Source: Lepidodermella squamata
Lineage: Eukaryota; Animalia; Gastrotricha
NCBI GenBank assembly: GCA_047495785.1
Contig: JBLDXI010000033.1
Coordinates: 1-64,000, forward strand
Length of the DNA stretch: 64,000 nt
Direction: 5' to 3'
In this document: positions 24,644 through 34,905 of the stretch, one piece after another
Layout: each line of letters starts with the position of its first letter
How positions within the stretch are numbered: the stretch's first letter is position 1
Translations under genes and position numbers: made by a program
The notes under the pieces: generated by a model
What the model was told of the DNA's origin: nothing
The model's database searches: none
What the model saw: the letters and a program-made list of their open reading frames with translations, nothing else

Positions 24644-26110
24644 CTAATCAATGATATTTTCTGCTTTTTCCCATGTAGGATGGTCATATCCTGCCCATTT
24701 AATTAAAACCATATCTTTCCCTTTAACTTTCTTCCTTTGTAATATTTGCTCAACTCGGTGAATACTGTTGTCATATAAATCACTCTCATTTATTTTAGAT
24801 TTTAGTAACTCCTGCTCATAAAAACTTCCAACTACTTCCTCTCCGTCTAATGCTTTTAATTTATATGTTCTTGGATATGTATCATTGACTTTTACTATTC
24901 TCAACAATTCTTCAGACCAATTTGGATGAAATCCTTTTTCAAAATGCTCTTTAATCCTACTAATCCTGACAATGTCATTCAGCATGAATTTTGGCTTTTT
25001 CAATTTTGGCGAGGGATTAGGATAGAGACTTCGTAATACCCTTTCTTTGTTATTCGGATTTACTGCTTCTGACGGGGTCATCTTAATTGATCTATGATTC
25101 TTATTGTTATAAGCATCCAACAAAGTATCTAACATATTTATCCATCTTCGTGTATTTTCGAGAGTAAACCTCTTCCACATCATAGTTTTAAGTGTTCTAT
25201 TAAATCGCTCTATAATTGGGTTATGAAAGTTTTCATACGTCGAATATCTGATGACATCATTTGTTTTTAACCATTTTGTGAATATTGAGTTATAAAATTC
25301 ACTACCTTCATCAACCCAAATATTGTTTGGTTTTCTGTTACTTTTATTTATAACAGTCATGAATGCGTCAAATACAGTTTTAGCATCTTTTGTTTTTAAT
25401 GGGACAGCCCATGCATATTTTGAAAAGCAATCAATGATAGTTAAAAGATATTTGTAGCCATCATTGTCATCTGCCAAGTCAACCATGAAACATATATCCA
25501 TTCCCCATGTTTCATCAACATCATGGAGGATAACCCTGCGTCTTGGAAATCGCTTTCTAACCGGTTTATGTAATTCATCAGCTAGAATTGGGAAGTTTAC
25601 TTTACTCGTTTCTAAAGGTTCGGAAAGATTAGGAACATGCTTGATTTTCTTAATCTTTTTAGTTTCATTTTTACTTACTAGTTTTGGCTCTTCATAACTT
25701 ACTTTCGTCTTTCGTTCACGAAGTGTCATTCCTTTTCCTTGAAACTTATCAGCTAAACCACCCTCTGTAAACGTTTTGTAAACAAAAGCTGCCATCAGTT
25801 TTTCATTACTATTTTTATTCGGATCCTTAGCAATTTTCAAAGCTTTTTCAGCCAAAATTCTATCAGATATTGTTCGTGGCTCCCTATCTCTATGAAAATA
25901 ATAAGCTGCATCATGTTCCATTGCTGCTCTATCCAAATCATTTATGCCTTTGTATCCTTCGTTTATCCTTTGAATAAATTTAGTGCCGGGGCCAGCATAT
26001 GAATACTTGTTCGTATTGTTAAAACTACCTTTCCGCACATATTCACCGAAACCTGGAAAACTAGGTAAATGCAATTCGGTCGGCAAGTTATTAATTATCT
26101 GATCAAACAT
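24644..26110 (-). CDS. Parvovirus-type phospholipase A2 fused to retroviral-like (rve) integrase and C-terminal chromodomain, 488 aa
   Basis: YAGPG and DLDRAAMEHDAAY (PLA2); WGMD..IDCFSKY, VDEGSEF, IERFNRTLK (DDE); VEQIL..LIKWAGY..TWEK (chromodomain). Confidence 0.95.
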   Translation of the reverse strand: MFDQIINNLPTELHLPSFPGFGEYVRKGSFNNTNKYSYAGPGTKFIQRINEGYKGINDLDRAAMEHDAAYYFHRDREPRTISDRILAEKALKIAKDPNKNSNEKLMAAFVYKTFTEGGLADKFQGKGMTLRERKTKVSYEEPKLVSKNETKKIKKIKHVPNLSEPLETSKVNFPILADELHKPVRKRFPRRRVILHDVDETWGMDICFMVDLADDNDGYKYLLTIIDCFSKYAWAVPLKTKDAKTVFDAFMTVINKSNRKPNNIWVDEGSEFYNSIFTKWLKTNDVIRYSTYENFHNPIIERFNRTLKTMMWKRFTLENTRRWINMLDTLLDAYNNKNHRSIKMTPSEAVNPNNKERVLRSLYPNPSPKLKKPKFMLNDIVRISRIKEHFEKGFHPNWSEELLRIVKVNDTYPRTYKLKALDGEEVVGSFYEQELLKSKINESDLYDNSIHRVEQILQRKKVKGKDMVLIKWAGYDHPTWEKAENIID

Positions 26111-26185
26111 TTCTGAAGTATAGCTAGAAGTTCAATGGTTTTAAAAAATCCTAATATTTTCTAAATTTCTAATATATTTATAAGA

Positions 26186-26521
26186 ATGATTAATTTCGAT
26201 GATATAGTTTCCAAAGGCAGTAATAATTATATAAATCCAAATCCGTTTTTCCCACAGCATCCTGCTAGAATATTAATTATCGGGCCTAGTAATTCAGGTA
26301 AAACTAATGATTTGCTGAACATCATACATAACTCATTTTTTCATAAAATATACGTTTATTCCAAAACACTTGATGAGGATAAGTATCAATTTCTAATAAA
26401 TGTTCAACATCGGAAAGAAGAGGAATTAAAGAAATCGGGTATCTCCGAAAGTCTCATTCATTTTAGCACAGATTTAAAAGATGTAATACCTATGGAAGAT
26501 CTGGATAATCTGGATAATTAG
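26186..26521 (+). pseudogene. Truncated copy of packaging ATPase (Walker A only)
   Basis: Identical to the N-terminus of 29285-29986 and ends at the duplication junction. Confidence 0.88.
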
Positions 26522-26811
26522 GAACATGCTTGATTTTCTTAATCTTTTTAGTTTCATTTTTACTTACTAGTTTTGGCTCTTCATAACTTACTTTCGTCTT
26601 TCGTTCACGAAGTGTCATTCCTTTTCCTTGAAACTTATCAGCTAAACCACCCTCTGTAAACGTTTTGTAAACAAAAGCTGCCATCAGTTTTTCATTACTA
26701 TTTTACTATTTCTTCTAATAAATGTTCAACATCGGAAAGAAGAGGAATTAAAGAAATCGGGTATCTCCGAAAGTCTCATTCATTTTAGCACAGATTTAAA
26801 AGATGTAATAC

Positions 26812-27321
26812 CTATGGAAGATCTGGATAATCTGGATAATTAGGAACATGCTTGATTTTCTTAATCTTTTTAGTTTCATTTTTACTTACTAGTTTTGGCT
26901 CTTCATAACTTACTTTCGTCTTTCGTTCACGAAGTGTCATTCCTTTTCCTTGAAACTTATCAGCTAAACCACCCTCTGTAAACGTTTTGTAAACAAAAGC
27001 TGCCATCAGTTTTTCATTACTATTTTTATTCGGATCCTTAGCAATTTTCAAAGCTTTTTCAGCCAAAATTCTATCAGATATTGTTCGTGGCTCCCTATCT
27101 CTATGAAAATAATAAGCTGCATCATGTTCCATTGCTGCTCTATCCAAATCATTTATGCCTTTGTATCCTTCGTTTATCCTTTGAATAAATTTAGTGCCGG
27201 GGCCAGCATATGAATACTTGTTCGTATTGTTAAAACTACCTTTCCGCACATATTCACCGAAACCTGGAAAACTAGGTAAATGCAATTCGGTCGGCAAGTT
27301 ATTAATTATCTGATCAAACAT
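26812..27321 (-). CDS. Stand-alone PLA2-domain ORF, copy 1 (169 aa)
   Basis: N-terminal part of the PLA2-integrase with a new tail YPDYPDLP; upstream promoter region retained. Confidence 0.75.
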   Translation of the reverse strand: MFDQIINNLPTELHLPSFPGFGEYVRKGSFNNTNKYSYAGPGTKFIQRINEGYKGINDLDRAAMEHDAAYYFHRDREPRTISDRILAEKALKIAKDPNKNSNEKLMAAFVYKTFTEGGLADKFQGKGMTLRERKTKVSYEEPKLVSKNETKKIKKIKHVPNYPDYPDLP

Positions 27322-27594
27322 TTCTGAAGTATAGCTAGAAGTTCAATGGTTTTAAAAAATCCTAATATTTTCTAAATTTCTAATATATTTATAAGAATGA
27401 TTAATTTCGATGATATAGTTTCCAAAGGCAGTAATAATTATATAAATCCAAATCCGTTTTTCCCACAGCATCCTGCTAGAATATTAATTATCGGGCCTAG
27501 TAATTCAGGTAAAACTAATGAGAAGAGGAATTAAAGAAATCGGGTATCTCCGAAAGTCTCATTCATTTTAGCACAGATTTAAAAGATGTAATAC

Positions 27595-28104
27595 CTATGG
27601 AAGATCTGGATAATCTGGATAATTAGGAACATGCTTGATTTTCTTAATCTTTTTAGTTTCATTTTTACTTACTAGTTTTGGCTCTTCATAACTTACTTTC
27701 GTCTTTCGTTCACGAAGTGTCATTCCTTTTCCTTGAAACTTATCAGCTAAACCACCCTCTGTAAACGTTTTGTAAACAAAAGCTGCCATCAGTTTTTCAT
27801 TACTATTTTTATTCGGATCCTTAGCAATTTTCAAAGCTTTTTCAGCCAAAATTCTATCAGATATTGTTCGTGGCTCCCTATCTCTATGAAAATAATAAGC
27901 TGCATCATGTTCCATTGCTGCTCTATCCAAATCATTTATGCCTTTGTATCCTTCGTTTATCCTTTGAATAAATTTAGTGCCGGGGCCAGCATATGAATAC
28001 TTGTTCGTATTGTTAAAACTACCTTTCCGCACATATTCACCGAAACCTGGAAAACTAGGTAAATGCAATTCGGTCGGCAAGTTATTAATTATCTGATCAA
28101 ACAT
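27595..28104 (-). CDS. Stand-alone PLA2-domain ORF, copy 2 (169 aa)
   Basis: Translation identical to copy 1. Confidence 0.75.
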   Translation of the reverse strand: MFDQIINNLPTELHLPSFPGFGEYVRKGSFNNTNKYSYAGPGTKFIQRINEGYKGINDLDRAAMEHDAAYYFHRDREPRTISDRILAEKALKIAKDPNKNSNEKLMAAFVYKTFTEGGLADKFQGKGMTLRERKTKVSYEEPKLVSKNETKKIKKIKHVPNYPDYPDLP

Positions 28105-28699
28105 TTCTGAAGTATAGCTAGAAGTTCAATGGTTTTAAAAAATCCTAATATTTTCTAAATTTCTAATATATTTATAAGAATGATTAATTTCGATGATATA
28201 GTTTCCAAAGGCAGTAATAATTATATAAATCCAAATCCGTTTTTCCCACAGCATCCTGCTAGAATATTAATTATCGGGCCTAGTAATTCAGGTAAAACTA
28301 ATGAGAAGAGGAATTAAAGAAATCGGGTATCTCCGAAAGTCTCATTCATTTTAGCACAGATTTAAAAGATGTAATACCTATGGAAGATCTGGATAATCTG
28401 GATAATTAGGAACATGCTTGATTTTCTTAATCTTTTTAGTTTCATTTTTACTTACTAGTTTTGGCTCTTCATAACTTACTTTCGTCTTTCGTTCACGAAG
28501 TGTCATTCCTTTTCCTTGAAACTTATCAGCTAAACCACCCTCTGTAAACGTTTTGTAAACAAAAGCTGCCATCAGTTTTTCATTACTATTTTACTATTTC
28601 TTCTAATAAATGTTCAACATCGGAAAGAAGAGGAATTAAAGAAATCGGGTATCTCCGAAAGTCTCATTCATTTTAGCACAGATTTAAAAGATGTAATAC

Positions 28700-29209
28700 C
28701 TATGGAAGATCTGGATAATCTGGATAATTAGGAACATGCTTGATTTTCTTAATCTTTTTAGTTTCATTTTTACTTACTAGTTTTGGCTCTTCATAACTTA
28801 CTTTCGTCTTTCGTTCACGAAGTGTCATTCCTTTTCCTTGAAACTTATCAGCTAAACCACCCTCTGTAAACGTTTTGTAAACAAAAGCTGCCATCAGTTT
28901 TTCATTACTATTTTTATTCGGATCCTTAGCAATTTTCAAAGCTTTTTCAGCCAAAATTCTATCAGATATTGTTCGTGGCTCCCTATCTCTATGAAAATAA
29001 TAAGCTGCATCATGTTCCATTGCTGCTCTATCCAAATCATTTATGCCTTTGTATCCTTCGTTTATCCTTTGAATAAATTTAGTGCCGGGGCCAGCATATG
29101 AATACTTGTTCGTATTGTTAAAACTACCTTTCCGCACATATTCACCGAAACCTGGAAAACTAGGTAAATGCAATTCGGTCGGCAAGTTATTAATTATCTG
29201 ATCAAACAT
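28700..29209 (-). CDS. Stand-alone PLA2-domain ORF, copy 3 (169 aa)
   Basis: Translation identical to copy 1. Confidence 0.75.
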   Translation of the reverse strand: MFDQIINNLPTELHLPSFPGFGEYVRKGSFNNTNKYSYAGPGTKFIQRINEGYKGINDLDRAAMEHDAAYYFHRDREPRTISDRILAEKALKIAKDPNKNSNEKLMAAFVYKTFTEGGLADKFQGKGMTLRERKTKVSYEEPKLVSKNETKKIKKIKHVPNYPDYPDLP

Positions 29210-29284
29210 TTCTGAAGTATAGCTAGAAGTTCAATGGTTTTAAAAAATCCTAATATTTTCTAAATTTCTAATATATTTATAAGA

Positions 29285-29986
29285 ATGATTAATTTCGATG
29301 ATATAGTTTCCAAAGGCAGTAATAATTATATAAATCCAAATCCGTTTTTCCCACAGCATCCTGCTAGAATATTAATTATCGGGCCTAGTAATTCAGGTAA
29401 AACTAATGATTTGCTGAACATCATACATAACTCATTTTTTCATAAAATATACGTTTATTCCAAAACACTTGATGAGGATAAGTATCAATTTCTAATAAAT
29501 GTTCAACATCGGAAAGAAGAGGAATTAAAGAAATCGGGTATCTCCGAAAGTCTCATTCATTTTAGCACAGATTTAAAAGATGTAATACCTATGGAAGATC
29601 TGGATAAACGTTATCAACATCTATACATTTTTGATGATGTATGTTTAACCGAAAAGAAAAGTCAAGAAAAATACATTGGCGATTTATATATAAGAAGTAG
29701 AAAATACAACTGCTCAGTTGTGTATTTATCTCAATCGTATTTCAAAGTTCCAAAAATAATCAGGGACAACGCTTTATTCGTTGTGTTAAAGCATTTGAAT
29801 GATTTTAGAGAGGTTAAAACTATTCATAACATATATGCATCCGAAATAGCAAGAGAAGACTTTATGAAAAAATATGAAGAAAGCATCAGCACTTACAATC
29901 GCCATGGTAGTTTCATTATTGATTGTAATTCCAGGCATAAGTTTCTGAAACTGAGAGCAAACTATGTAGGCATATTTCATTCGTAA
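29285..29986 (+). CDS. A32/FtsK-HerA-type DNA packaging ATPase, 233 aa
   Basis: Walker A GPSNSGKT, Walker B YIFDD, RSRKYNCSVVYLSQSYF..PK.IR.N. Confidence 0.93.
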   Translation: MINFDDIVSKGSNNYINPNPFFPQHPARILIIGPSNSGKTNDLLNIIHNSFFHKIYVYSKTLDEDKYQFLINVQHRKEEELKKSGISESLIHFSTDLKDVIPMEDLDKRYQHLYIFDDVCLTEKKSQEKYIGDLYIRSRKYNCSVVYLSQSYFKVPKIIRDNALFVVLKHLNDFREVKTIHNIYASEIAREDFMKKYEESISTYNRHGSFIIDCNSRHKFLKLRANYVGIFHS

Positions 29987-30015
29987 TTATCTAGTCATTG
30001 ATTAAAAACACTTTC

Positions 30016-31128
30016 ATGACGATCAAAGAACTAACAATACCCGAACAAATTCAAATTTTGAAAAATTTGGAAAAACAGGAAAATCTGCACAATCAAAATA
30101 TCGCCCTTGCCAATGGAGATACATACACTTTGAAGCATAAATATAACGTAGAAACCGAATTGAATCCTCTAGCATCCATTCAAAATGCGATCAAACAACG
30201 ACCTGTTGTCAATTCTATAGAAAAATTGAATAATAATTTAACAAGAATGAAACCTGAGGTGATAGCCAAAGAAATAGCCCAAGAAGTTAAATCTGAACTA
30301 AAGCAACCTAAATTGGAACCTTCAAGCCCATTATCAAAAAGTGAGTCATCTGATAGAGATGAAACCACAAATGAAGAATATCAAAGTGCTCGAGAGCCTG
30401 AGATCGATATTAAAAGCATTAATGAGAATGTAATCAAGAAACATAATTTCCCCCTGGTTGATGACATTGAAGCTGATAATATTGAAGATGTCATACATGA
30501 TATATCTGAATATAATAAGAGGGTTTTAGGATCACGTTTAGCTACTTTGACACGTGGCGGTAAAAAAGAATCAGAGGAATACAATCAAATAAAATTCGAA
30601 ATTGGAGAACTTAAAAAATACAGGTCAGCATTAGAGAAACTAACTGGGGAACAGAGTGGCAGCGGATTTGCTAAACCAATTCCAAAAAATTTAATAAAAT
30701 TTGGGAAATATTATGCTAAGATTAAAGATCTTGCGAGTAACAAATTATGCATTAGGAAGAAAAATAATGCGATAGTTTTTAATATGAATATAACCAATGG
30801 AGTAAAACATTTGTTATTCAAAAACTACGATCCAAAGAAGTACAACTATACGAATGAAGATATTGACGTGTATAAAGAAATAATAAGAAAGACCAATTTC
30901 GAACCTAAAAAACATTCCAAGGTAAATAGGGTTATAAAAGGAGAATCACTATTTCTGAATGTCAAGGATGCAAAAACAAGACTATTACATTGCATTGGTG
31001 AAATAAAAGCCGGTAACAACAATAAAGAAATTAAAAATGAATTAGTATCCATAGCTGATTTACTTCTGAAACATAAAAATATCTCAGATGCAGAATACAA
31101 GAATGTTTGCACGTTCGCCGGCGTGTGA
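30016..31128 (+). CDS. Conserved Polinton PZ-like protein
   Basis: C-terminal IKAGNN..IKNEL..I...L motif typical of this Polinton ORF; internal SGSG putative protease site; lies between ATPase and minor capsid genes. Confidence 0.65.
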   Translation: MTIKELTIPEQIQILKNLEKQENLHNQNIALANGDTYTLKHKYNVETELNPLASIQNAIKQRPVVNSIEKLNNNLTRMKPEVIAKEIAQEVKSELKQPKLEPSSPLSKSESSDRDETTNEEYQSAREPEIDIKSINENVIKKHNFPLVDDIEADNIEDVIHDISEYNKRVLGSRLATLTRGGKKESEEYNQIKFEIGELKKYRSALEKLTGEQSGSGFAKPIPKNLIKFGKYYAKIKDLASNKLCIRKKNNAIVFNMNITNGVKHLLFKNYDPKKYNYTNEDIDVYKEIIRKTNFEPKKHSKVNRVIKGESLFLNVKDAKTRLLHCIGEIKAGNNNKEIKNELVSIADLLLKHKNISDAEYKNVCTFAGV

Positions 31129-31182
31129 ACGTTGGCACGTTTGCAATATTTGTAAATTCGCCAATATCTAACTTAATACTAA

Positions 31183-31923
31183 ATGAGTATGATATTTTTG
31201 CCATTAGAAAATAATCAGAATAACAAGTCAACACTAAATAATACTATAGATCGCTATCTTAATCAAAAGATCAACTTTTCAGGACGGAAAATAGCTGTTT
31301 CCTATATTCATTTTTATGACACATTTCATAATGTTTCTGGGAAATATAATAACAACAAACTAAAATACATAACAGAAGGTGAAACATTTGAGGTTACATT
31401 TCCTGATGGGACCTATACTTACAAAGATTTTGATAATTACTTACACTTCTCCATGAAAAATAATAATCACTATTCCCTGGATAAGGAATCAGGGGTTGAA
31501 ATTTATCCAATAAATCTCGTGGTAAATAGTGTATTTTCTTGTCTCAGCATTAGGATATCAGAGAAATCTAGCCTTTTAATAGAATCTGACGGGATTTCAA
31601 AATTTTTAGGAATCGAAATTGGAAATTACGATAGTGATTTCAATTCTCAGAAAATACCTGACATCACAATGGGGTTTGATACTTTATTTGTTCATTGCAA
31701 TGTTGTTGATAATTCTATAATTCCTGAATATAACACAGTCATTTTCACATGTCCCATGAATAGGAGGTTCGGTGAGCATGTAAATATAACACCGAATGAA
31801 AAACGGTATTTAGATTGTAATAACGCAAATACGCAAAATATTAAAATCTGGCTGACAAACCAAGACGGATTGCCTATTCACTTTGTTGAAAACAAATGGG
31901 GCATTGGATTGGATATTTTATGA
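31183..31923 (+). CDS. Minor capsid (penton-like) protein, 246 aa
   Basis: HNVS..YNNNK.KY..FPDGTY and FVHCNVVDNS motifs; beta-rich; size and position fit. Confidence 0.82.
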   Translation: MSMIFLPLENNQNNKSTLNNTIDRYLNQKINFSGRKIAVSYIHFYDTFHNVSGKYNNNKLKYITEGETFEVTFPDGTYTYKDFDNYLHFSMKNNNHYSLDKESGVEIYPINLVVNSVFSCLSIRISEKSSLLIESDGISKFLGIEIGNYDSDFNSQKIPDITMGFDTLFVHCNVVDNSIIPEYNTVIFTCPMNRRFGEHVNITPNEKRYLDCNNANTQNIKIWLTNQDGLPIHFVENKWGIGLDIL

Positions 31924-31944
31924 AATTTCTAGTTTGATAATAAA

Positions 31945-32256
31945 ATGAAACAGAAATCTATAAAGGTTTATATTCAGGGTAGAGGATTTGCTGAAGTGAG
32001 TAGGCAATTATTAGGGAAATTAATTAGCATAGGTAGAGAACCAGTTCAGTCTTTATTAAAATCTGCTTTGAAATCTGGAAGTGAAACAGTAGGCGATAAA
32101 TTGGGGAATTATGTAGCAGACGCAATTACTGAAAAATTAATTCCTGATTCAAAACAAAATATAAAAGCCATCGAAGAATTGGAAAATAAAATTAAAAAAG
32201 AGATTGCTGATTATAGTTCTGGTAAAGTCGTTGGCAAAGGGTTCAAAAAAATCTAG
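31945..32256 (+). CDS. Small virion core-like protein, 103 aa
   Basis: GRG-F and GKG-F putative maturation-protease sites around an amphipathic helix; sits between mCP and MCP. Confidence 0.65.
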   Translation: MKQKSIKVYIQGRGFAEVSRQLLGKLISIGREPVQSLLKSALKSGSETVGDKLGNYVADAITEKLIPDSKQNIKAIEELENKIKKEIADYSSGKVVGKGFKKI

Positions 32257-32269
32257 TTATATTGATAAA

Positions 32270-33649
32270 ATGTTACAGCAAGAAATCATTAACAATCTGT
32301 TTGAAACCAACGAAATTGATGACAGATTATTTGAGAAGAAGGTATGGACTGAAACTCCCGCGCAGAATTTCATTCAGGATAGTCAGAGCCAACCAAACAA
32401 ATTAATTTTTTCAACGATAAACTTGAAAGACAATTTTCTATTAGTTCGGGAAGGGTACATTGAATTTCAGCTTCACTTTGTCAGAAATAATGCTAAGGAT
32501 TTTGCTGCTACTGATAAATACGCTATTCGCAATCATGTACTAAGTTTATTCGAATCAATTGAAATTCAAATTTCAGACAGTGATCATAAAATTGAAGAAT
32601 TGAGATTCACCGAACATTGGGCAAATATCAACTTCTTGTTAAAATGGAGTAAAGAATATGCTGAGACGTATGGAGAAGAATCGTTGTTTTCTAGGGATTG
32701 TCCATTGCCAAGAGCAACAAGAACACTTAGCGAAGATGTAACAGCTGATTCATTTGACGGATCCAAAGCTACTGCGAATAATGGCCTTATTGTAAGGAGT
32801 TCATTTGTAAAAAGTAACCAAATGATATGTACTCTGTTCTTGAAAGATCTTCCATTTTTCAATTCATTCAATGGTATTTTCACCAAATCAAGATTCAGAA
32901 TTATATTAACCCCGAATTATAGTAAAAGCCTAATATATGTCATTGCAGATGCAGCCACGGGTGAAACTGCTGGCATGACATATAAAATATCGAAAGCAAA
33001 TCTGATGATTCCAGAAGTTACGCTCATGAATAAAAATAAGTTGGAAGTTTTAGAAAAATTCAATTCAGGATTTTCAAAAGTTCACAAATGGATGTCGATC
33101 GAACCATTCCAATCACAGCAATTTGCAAATAATATTCAGAATATTCAATGGACAGTGTCAACAGAAATTAAGAAACCAAATTACATTTATTTAGTATTAA
33201 TTCCTGATTATACTGATACTGAAATACCTAAAAAATTAAACCAGATATACAACCTATGGAACATTACTTCATATTCTTTGTTGATTAATAACAAGGAAGC
33301 TTTTAATGAGTCAAATGTTAGTTTTAATTCATTGAAGGCCCATAAATTATATCAATATATAAAACAGAATATGTCTCAATCAGGTGACAGAGAAAGTTTA
33401 AATATAGGATCACAAATTTCATATCTTGATTTCTGCAATTTGTATAGAATCTTATGTTTCAATCTAAATGATATCGATGCAAGTTCAATATATAATTCAC
33501 GTGCTGATAATACTTGTTCAATCGTTTTCAAAGCTACTGTTGGAGCAGTTAATAAACCATTAGTAATTTATAGCTTTATTGAACGTGAAAAAGAAATCGC
33601 GTTTAATTATAAGCATGGAACTTTGGATATTTCTCTGCAAAGTCTATGA
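32270..33649 (+). CDS. Major capsid protein (double jelly-roll, PY), 459 aa
   Basis: Size, beta-rich composition, SLFESIEIQI, L.DLPFF, ISKANLMIP.V.L and KPNYIY motifs; true start probably ATG 32270. Confidence 0.85.
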   Translation: MLQQEIINNLFETNEIDDRLFEKKVWTETPAQNFIQDSQSQPNKLIFSTINLKDNFLLVREGYIEFQLHFVRNNAKDFAATDKYAIRNHVLSLFESIEIQISDSDHKIEELRFTEHWANINFLLKWSKEYAETYGEESLFSRDCPLPRATRTLSEDVTADSFDGSKATANNGLIVRSSFVKSNQMICTLFLKDLPFFNSFNGIFTKSRFRIILTPNYSKSLIYVIADAATGETAGMTYKISKANLMIPEVTLMNKNKLEVLEKFNSGFSKVHKWMSIEPFQSQQFANNIQNIQWTVSTEIKKPNYIYLVLIPDYTDTEIPKKLNQIYNLWNITSYSLLINNKEAFNESNVSFNSLKAHKLYQYIKQNMSQSGDRESLNIGSQISYLDFCNLYRILCFNLNDIDASSIYNSRADNTCSIVFKATVGAVNKPLVIYSFIEREKEIAFNYKHGTLDISLQSL

Positions 33650-33674
33650 AAAGAAAATCTAGTCTTCCAATAAA

Positions 33675-34292
33675 ATGAGTAGATATTTTGAATATGAAAT
33701 TCCTCTGTCTGATGGGCAAATTCAAAAATTACAATCAGGGATAAATAATAGGAAATGCATAACATTGCTAATAAGTAAGAAAGATATTCATTCAAAAACT
33801 AACTTGAAAAAAGTGTTCCTTACGAAATCCCAAATCAATAAAATAGAAAAACATAGAACTATGAACACGGGAGTGGAAGTACAATTTAGCCTTTCACAGT
33901 TAAAAAAGAACCAAACAGGCGGAATGATTCCTTTACTGCCGATATTAGCGAAAGTTGGATCAATTGCTGCCCCATTGGCCATTTCTGCAGTATCTGGTTT
34001 AGTCAATTCAGCTGCTAATGCAATAGGCAATAAACTTGCAGGGAATGGCGTAACTGAAAATGTGAATCTCAATATTCCTAAAAAGGATTTGGCTGAGATT
34101 ATCAAATACATTGATGTTTTGGAAAATAAAAATATACTACCTGGCGGATCTAAATCAGCATCTGAGAAAGATATTGAACAGAGTGGCGGCGCATTTGTTC
34201 TACCGCTGATTGCTAGTTTATTGGGTACGTTTTTACCCACATTATTCCAGAAAGGAAATGGCATATATTTGCCATGGGAGTCAAAAAACTGA
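33675..34292 (+). CDS. Putative processed core/membrane-active virion protein, 205 aa
   Basis: QTGG-MIPLLPILAKVG and QSGG-AFVLPLIASLLG: adenain-type GG sites followed by hydrophobic or amphipathic peptides. Confidence 0.7.
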   Translation: MSRYFEYEIPLSDGQIQKLQSGINNRKCITLLISKKDIHSKTNLKKVFLTKSQINKIEKHRTMNTGVEVQFSLSQLKKNQTGGMIPLLPILAKVGSIAAPLAISAVSGLVNSAANAIGNKLAGNGVTENVNLNIPKKDLAEIIKYIDVLENKNILPGGSKSASEKDIEQSGGAFVLPLIASLLGTFLPTLFQKGNGIYLPWESKN

Positions 34293-34729
34293 AAAAATTC
34301 TTCCCTCTTTCAAATAGGCAAATTGATAATATTTTATCTATGAAATTGGGGAGAGAATACAGCGGATGCTTTCCGCGAGATGGCCTACCGTATGTTTTGA
34401 AAAATGGTTATTATGTCATAAATTTAGATAATCAATCTGGAACGCATTGGGTATGCATGCAAGTGACTGATAGCAATATAGTTTATTTTGATAGCTTCGG
34501 ATTTATATGCCCAAATGAAATAATAGTTAGAAAAGCTGCGAGGGATATATATTACAACACCCATGAGATTCAAAATATGAAATCGGTGGCCTGCGGTTTT
34601 TACTGTATCTATTTTTTGTGTGAATTGTACAGAGGCCGAGATAAACTTGAGATACTGCTGGATTTCGAGAACAATAACAATCTCTCGAACGACTTGAAAT
34701 TGATGAAATGGTTTAATGATAACTTCTAG
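34274..34729 (+). CDS. Adenain/Ulp1-like cysteine maturation protease, 151 aa
   Basis: GTHWV, YFDSFG, IQ..KSVACGFYC (H-D-Q-C catalytic set). Confidence 0.95.
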   Translation: MGVKKLKKFFPLSNRQIDNILSMKLGREYSGCFPRDGLPYVLKNGYYVINLDNQSGTHWVCMQVTDSNIVYFDSFGFICPNEIIVRKAARDIYYNTHEIQNMKSVACGFYCIYFLCELYRGRDKLEILLDFENNNNLSNDLKLMKWFNDNF

Positions 34730-34742
34730 TTAGAATGTAAGA

Positions 34743-34874
34743 ATGTTTTGTATGAAATGTAAAATCGTTACTGGGAATGCTAATGAGCAAATTGCATATA
34801 CAAAAAATAAGAAAAAAGTCTTAAAATGTATATGCATTTTATGCAAGTCCAAAAAGTGTAAATTTATTACTTGA
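34743..34874 (+). CDS. 43-aa zinc-ribbon protein (DUF5679-like), absent from the ORF track
   Basis: MFCMKCKIVTGNANEQIAYTKNKKKVLKCICILCKSKKCKFIT with CxxC...CxxC; preceded by the same TCTA motif as neighbouring genes. Confidence 0.75.
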   Translation: MFCMKCKIVTGNANEQIAYTKNKKKVLKCICILCKSKKCKFIT

Positions 34875-34905
34875 AGCTTTGTTACTGTTATTAGGTAAGT
34901 TGCTA

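Larger units (their letters stand above)
25629..29607. repeat. Tandem amplification (accordion) of PLA2 region, bidirectional promoter and ATPase 5' end; unit order 889-322-783-783-322-880 bp
   Basis: Units start at TTAGGAACATG: 25629, 26518, 26840, 27623, 28406, 28728. Every junction carries the same 9-bp TCTGGATAA duplication. Net gain is 3099 bp. Confidence 0.95.

Noticed and set aside
26490-26684. 64-aa ORFs (also 28378-28572)
   Set aside because: Linker fragments in deletion-type units, without PLA2 catalytic motifs or promoter.
32204-32269. ORF-track N-terminal extension of the MCP (likewise starts 29998 and 34879)
   Set aside because: Non-ATG starts in a eukaryotic context; downstream ATGs, with TCTA spacing for the MCP, are more plausible.
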